Shown: positions 61,379 through 64,000 of the stretch, one piece after another
Layout: each line of letters starts with the position of its first letter
How positions within the stretch are numbered: the stretch's first letter is position 1
Origin: Bugula neritina
Lineage: Eukaryota > Animalia > Bryozoa
Length of the DNA stretch: 64,000 bases
Assembly: GCA_964035545.1 (NCBI GenBank)
Contig: OZ037771.1
Location: 5,303,190 to 5,367,189, forward strand
Direction of reading: 5' to 3'
Program-made: the position numbers and the translations under genes
The notes under the pieces: generated by a model
Databases searched by the model: none
What the model was told of the DNA's origin: nothing
Seen by the model: only the letters and a program-made list of their open reading frames with translations

Positions 61379-63635
61379 TTGAGGGTATTAGCATTAACTC
61401 TTACTCAAACTCTTTTTACAGTCAGCTAAAGTTCCACCAAAGCACGTTGCTGTAGGGGCGGCTGCACCAGGGGGCCTAGAAGGAATCCAAGGAGGAAACC
61501 CAGGAAGTACATTCACTGAAATAATAACTACTAAACTGATCATCAACTACATAGGGGTAGATTGGAGAGTGGGAGGTGGACAAACATGACTCAGTGGAGC
61601 ACTTGTCTAGCATGACTCATGTTGTGTTGAGACAGTATATACATCATAAAGGTCGCTAGTGATGTCACAAAGGTCATCTAGTTCATTCTACCCATGCATG
61701 TGCTACTTTAGACCTTTCAAATAATGTTGCCAGTGTGACATCATGCGAAGGAAACATGCAGAGATAGTTCCTCTACATGCCTCAATGTCAGGTTCTAACA
61801 CATGTTTTAGCTACATACAAATGAAATTAGATATTTGTAAGTAATTGAAAAGGCTAAAGATTTAAAGCAAAAATACAACATTTAAATAACACCATTGCTT
61901 ATATCAAATTATATATCTAGTTATTTATATGACAGGTGATCAAACTCAAAACTTTTTTGGTTGTCAATGATGTACATATCACATGGTGACATGTGACGTG
62001 AGTTAGCAAGTTTAGCAATAAATTCTGGCACATGCTTAGTAGATAGAAAATCTCATCTTGGACACATGTCCAGATGATGGGTTTAAGCAGATACTTCTTG
62101 CTACTCCAGTAGACAAAAGCCATATGTAAATGTGCCCTTGAATACAGGATTCAACAGCTGTACTATTATAGCTATCTAACTAGTGGTCATACATTCAGTC
62201 TTGTATTTTATACAATGTTGTATGATATATTGTGCATATGAACATACTTATAGAGTTGCTCTATACACACCTTGGCAGTAGTTGAAAGCGCAAGGTACAG
62301 TTATAATATCTTCATCTCTGTCACAACTCACATAGTGTCTGTACACAGCTTTGTACTGACACTGTAGATATACTTCTTTAGTTTGAGTGTAAGGATCACA
62401 ACAAGATTCTGTGGTCTCTCTTTTATATATAACCTTACTGCTCTACAATACACCTTATACATCACCTTACTACTCTACAATATACCCTATATATCACCTT
62501 ACTACTCTACAATATACCTTATACATTACCTCACTACTCTACAATACACCTTATACATCACCTTACTACTCCACAATATACCTTATACATCACCTTACTA
62601 CTCTACAATATACCTTATATATCACCTTACTACTCTACAATACACCTTATACATCACCTTACTACTCTACAATACACCTTATACATCACCTTACTACTCT
62701 ACAATACACCTTATACATCACCTTACTACTCTACAATATACCTTATACATCACCTAACTGCTCTACAATACACCTTATACATTACCTTGAATATAACTTT
62801 ACTGCTCTACAATACACCTTATTTATTACTCAAAAACTAATTATGTTGATATTTTCTGCTGATAGTTTCACATTGTTTTCTCTTTATAATCCCAAAAGTG
62901 CTAAAATTAGCACACAGCACCATAAATACTGCTAATAATTCTTACCCAAACGGCTAACTCACACATTCGATAAGTGGAGGTTGCATGACTGCTGGATGAT
63001 ATTTCAAACCCAGATGGGTCATTTTCAGAGAAGGACAAGCAAGAGAGAAGGCTTATGCCAGATTCGATGTTAGAATACTCAAACTCTGCAATAGTATACA
63101 ACCTGACTATTTACTCTGCCTTCTGCCACGATAACTTATTTGGAGCCTTTACTTCTACATACTTCAAAAGCTCAGTAGTTTGTGACTAGTAACTTCTTGA
63201 ATTGAACTAAGCAACATGTAATTTCTAATTTTTGTCTTTTATTTTATAGTTAGAAAAATTTGGCTCAGCGTAGACACTAACGAAAATTAGATTTGTATGT
63301 TTTTCCTTGACTCAGCAACTATCTTGTTTTACAGTTATCACTGAATTTGAATTTAAGATTTTCTGGTATATATTACCAACAACCTCACTAATTAGCAAGT
63401 TTTCATAAAGCTGCCAACTCTCCGTAAAATAAGAATAAAGTAATATATGTTTGGTACATGTACGTATATTGGTAGCCTTTACTATATTTAACTTACCCTC
63501 GCAGCTTTTTATTTTGATGTAGATGGGTATATCTGTTAGTTCATAGTCATGAGCAATAGCTATGGTTTGGGGTATAATTAAAGGCCTGTATGTGGCCGGT
63601 GAAGTCATGAACTGTATTGAATTTGCCATCTTGCA
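41361..63635 (-). CDS. Large type-I membrane receptor: 2 C-type-lectin-like, 2 TSP1(-like), 8 sushi/CCP, FN3, R3-RPTP-like membrane-proximal domain, TM, long low-complexity tail; 5' end not seen in the window
   Basis: Phase-consistent exons: 63635-63497, 63085-62946, 62361-62271 (these three less certain), 61515-61405, 61064-60864, 60534-60482, 59663-59504, 58697-58533, 58105-57992, 57346-57203, 56396-56191, 55963-55852, 55143-54976, 54134-53958, 53557-53411 (GWSEWTEWSAC..QRRTRQCDNP), 53100-52933, 52687-52487, 52156-51944, 51440-51246, 50185-49997, 49700-49624, 49076-48945, 48714-48609, 48269-48154 (LKPGFHYTLS), 47976-47828, 46930-46759 (FNNRNGTVRAYTLIV), 46060-45903 (WPCYQV), 45435-45302 (CNGPLKEGTTFCVKMRAFT), 44263-44088 (TM LLLPLSLSFVPFLVVTLIGLTLLFY), 43937-43835, 43431-43354, 43192-41361. 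Confidence 0.82.
41580..42240 (-). repeat. Coding 33-bp (11-aa) tandem repeat with a 132-bp (44-aa) higher-order period in the receptor tail
   Basis: Cycle GSKMEDTNSKK / ESIMANTNSKS / WSKMKENISTK / ESIIKDTNSKR, about 20 units. Confidence 0.9.
45536..45833. mobile_element. Foldback MITE: ~300-bp imperfect palindrome
   Basis: ttagacacgct..atccggactg..tactacagtatacattaag..tgatcaaa..tattggtcaga | tctgaccaata..tttgatca..cttaatgtatactgtagta..cagtccggat..agcgtgtctaa. Confidence 0.88.
49073..49335. repeat. Degenerate tandem repeats duplicating the acceptor of the 49076 exon
   Basis: tacctacat (minus strand atgtag|gta) at about 49074 (the real site), 49096, 49212 and 49289. Confidence 0.65.
51041..51125 (+). 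mobile_element. SINE family 1, 3' fragment (5'-truncated)
   Basis: agtctttagcccattttaacaaaaactcttttcatcaggggtttctcacagagatagcaactataaacttgcgtgagtttttttt matches the 3' end of the 39387-39605 copy. Confidence 0.85.
54280..54435. mobile_element. One-armed DNA-transposon remnant (taaccc-like tract plus tgccattattac subterminal repeats)
   Basis: Five tgcca(t/c)t repeats ending in accggacatc; the matching arm was not found. Confidence 0.4.
54700..54955. repeat. 31-bp minisatellite (aatgctgagtaatattaaggcatataatacc)
   Basis: About 8 copies. Confidence 0.9.
55517..55655. repeat. 20-bp minisatellite (tagtgtgctatactattctt)
   Basis: About 7 copies. Confidence 0.9.
56042..56172. repeat. 22-bp minisatellite (ctaacaagaagtttatagaata)
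   Basis: About 6 copies. Confidence 0.85.
56476..56655 (+). mobile_element. Possible second, older tRNA-derived SINE
   Basis: agtggtct..gttagcacgtctgcttgcaagctgaaggtctcagatttgaattcc (degenerate A/B boxes), ending in ttacattacattc. Only one copy in the window. Confidence 0.4.
59809..60329. mobile_element. Foldback-type element with long TIRs built from 15-bp tandem subrepeats
   Basis: Left gaaaatgacatttggaaaacacttatttag..caccaatagacaattgaaaaatagac matches the reverse complement of the right end. The right arm has about 8 tttccaaatgtc(t/c)at units. Inner IR: aacatgga..tctggagagg / cctctccaga..tccatgtt. Confidence 0.85.
61324..61378. repeat. (CACG)n(CA)n microsatellite
   Basis: Directly visible. 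Confidence 0.95.
62430..62822. repeat. 32-bp minisatellite (tacaccttatacatcaccttactactctacaa)
   Basis: About 12 copies; explains the ORFs at 62383-62935. Confidence 0.95.
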
Positions 63636-64000
63636 CTACAAACAGAATAAACTAATGTATCATCATTAGGTATAAGAGTGTAATAAAAAAGTATGAATCA
63701 TTGTTTAAGTTGATATGAGGTTTTACCCTAATACTGCATCATTTAATTTCATATTAGATACGACATTAAATAATAATGTTAATATTATAATCATTGAAAT
63801 AATTGACAAGTTTTGTGAAAAAAAATTTAAAAAAAAAATAAAATGAAATTTCAGTTAATAAAAATTCATTGTTACAGATGTGCAGCACTGCATATGTTTT
63901 GGGTAGCAGAAGTCAGGATACATGTTGTGTTTGTAACATGGAATAAAGGTTATAATTCTGTCTGCCAAAGAGTGCGAACAATGATGTCATGTGGGTGTCA

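Noticed and set aside
62037-62157. Possible extra receptor exon (AVESCIQGHIYIWLLSTGVAR...)
   Set aside because: Good acceptor, but only a weak donor before a stop; the model is in phase without it, so it is left unresolved.

Overview
AT-rich, intron-rich animal (invertebrate-type) genomic DNA; the species cannot be identified from this window. I rebuilt five spliced protein-coding genes by hand, requiring splice sites and reading phase to be consistent across introns. (1) The 5' coding exons of a mucolipin/TRPML channel (- strand, running off the left edge). (2) Guanylate kinase (-). (3) A 23-exon KIBRA/WWC orthologue (+, about 1217 aa). (4) A PGRMC/MAPR heme-binding protein (+, 185 aa). (5) A large single-pass receptor (-, about 2100 aa in the window, 5' end not seen). 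Its architecture is CTL-TSP1-CCP2-CTL-TSP1-CCP6-FN3-(R3-RPTP-type membrane-proximal domain)-TM, followed by a roughly 690-aa tail that has no phosphatase domain and contains a higher-order 11-aa repeat. Introns carry tRNA-derived SINEs (two with target-site duplications), several MITE/foldback elements and many minisatellites, three of which duplicate the neighbouring splice site. The best novelty candidates are the phosphatase-less RPTP-like receptor, the KIBRA C-terminal extension with its own PPxY motif, the splice-site-carrying minisatellites and a decayed copy of the GUK P-loop exon. No rRNA, functional tRNA or CRISPR features were seen. All gene models are manual and lack transcript support.
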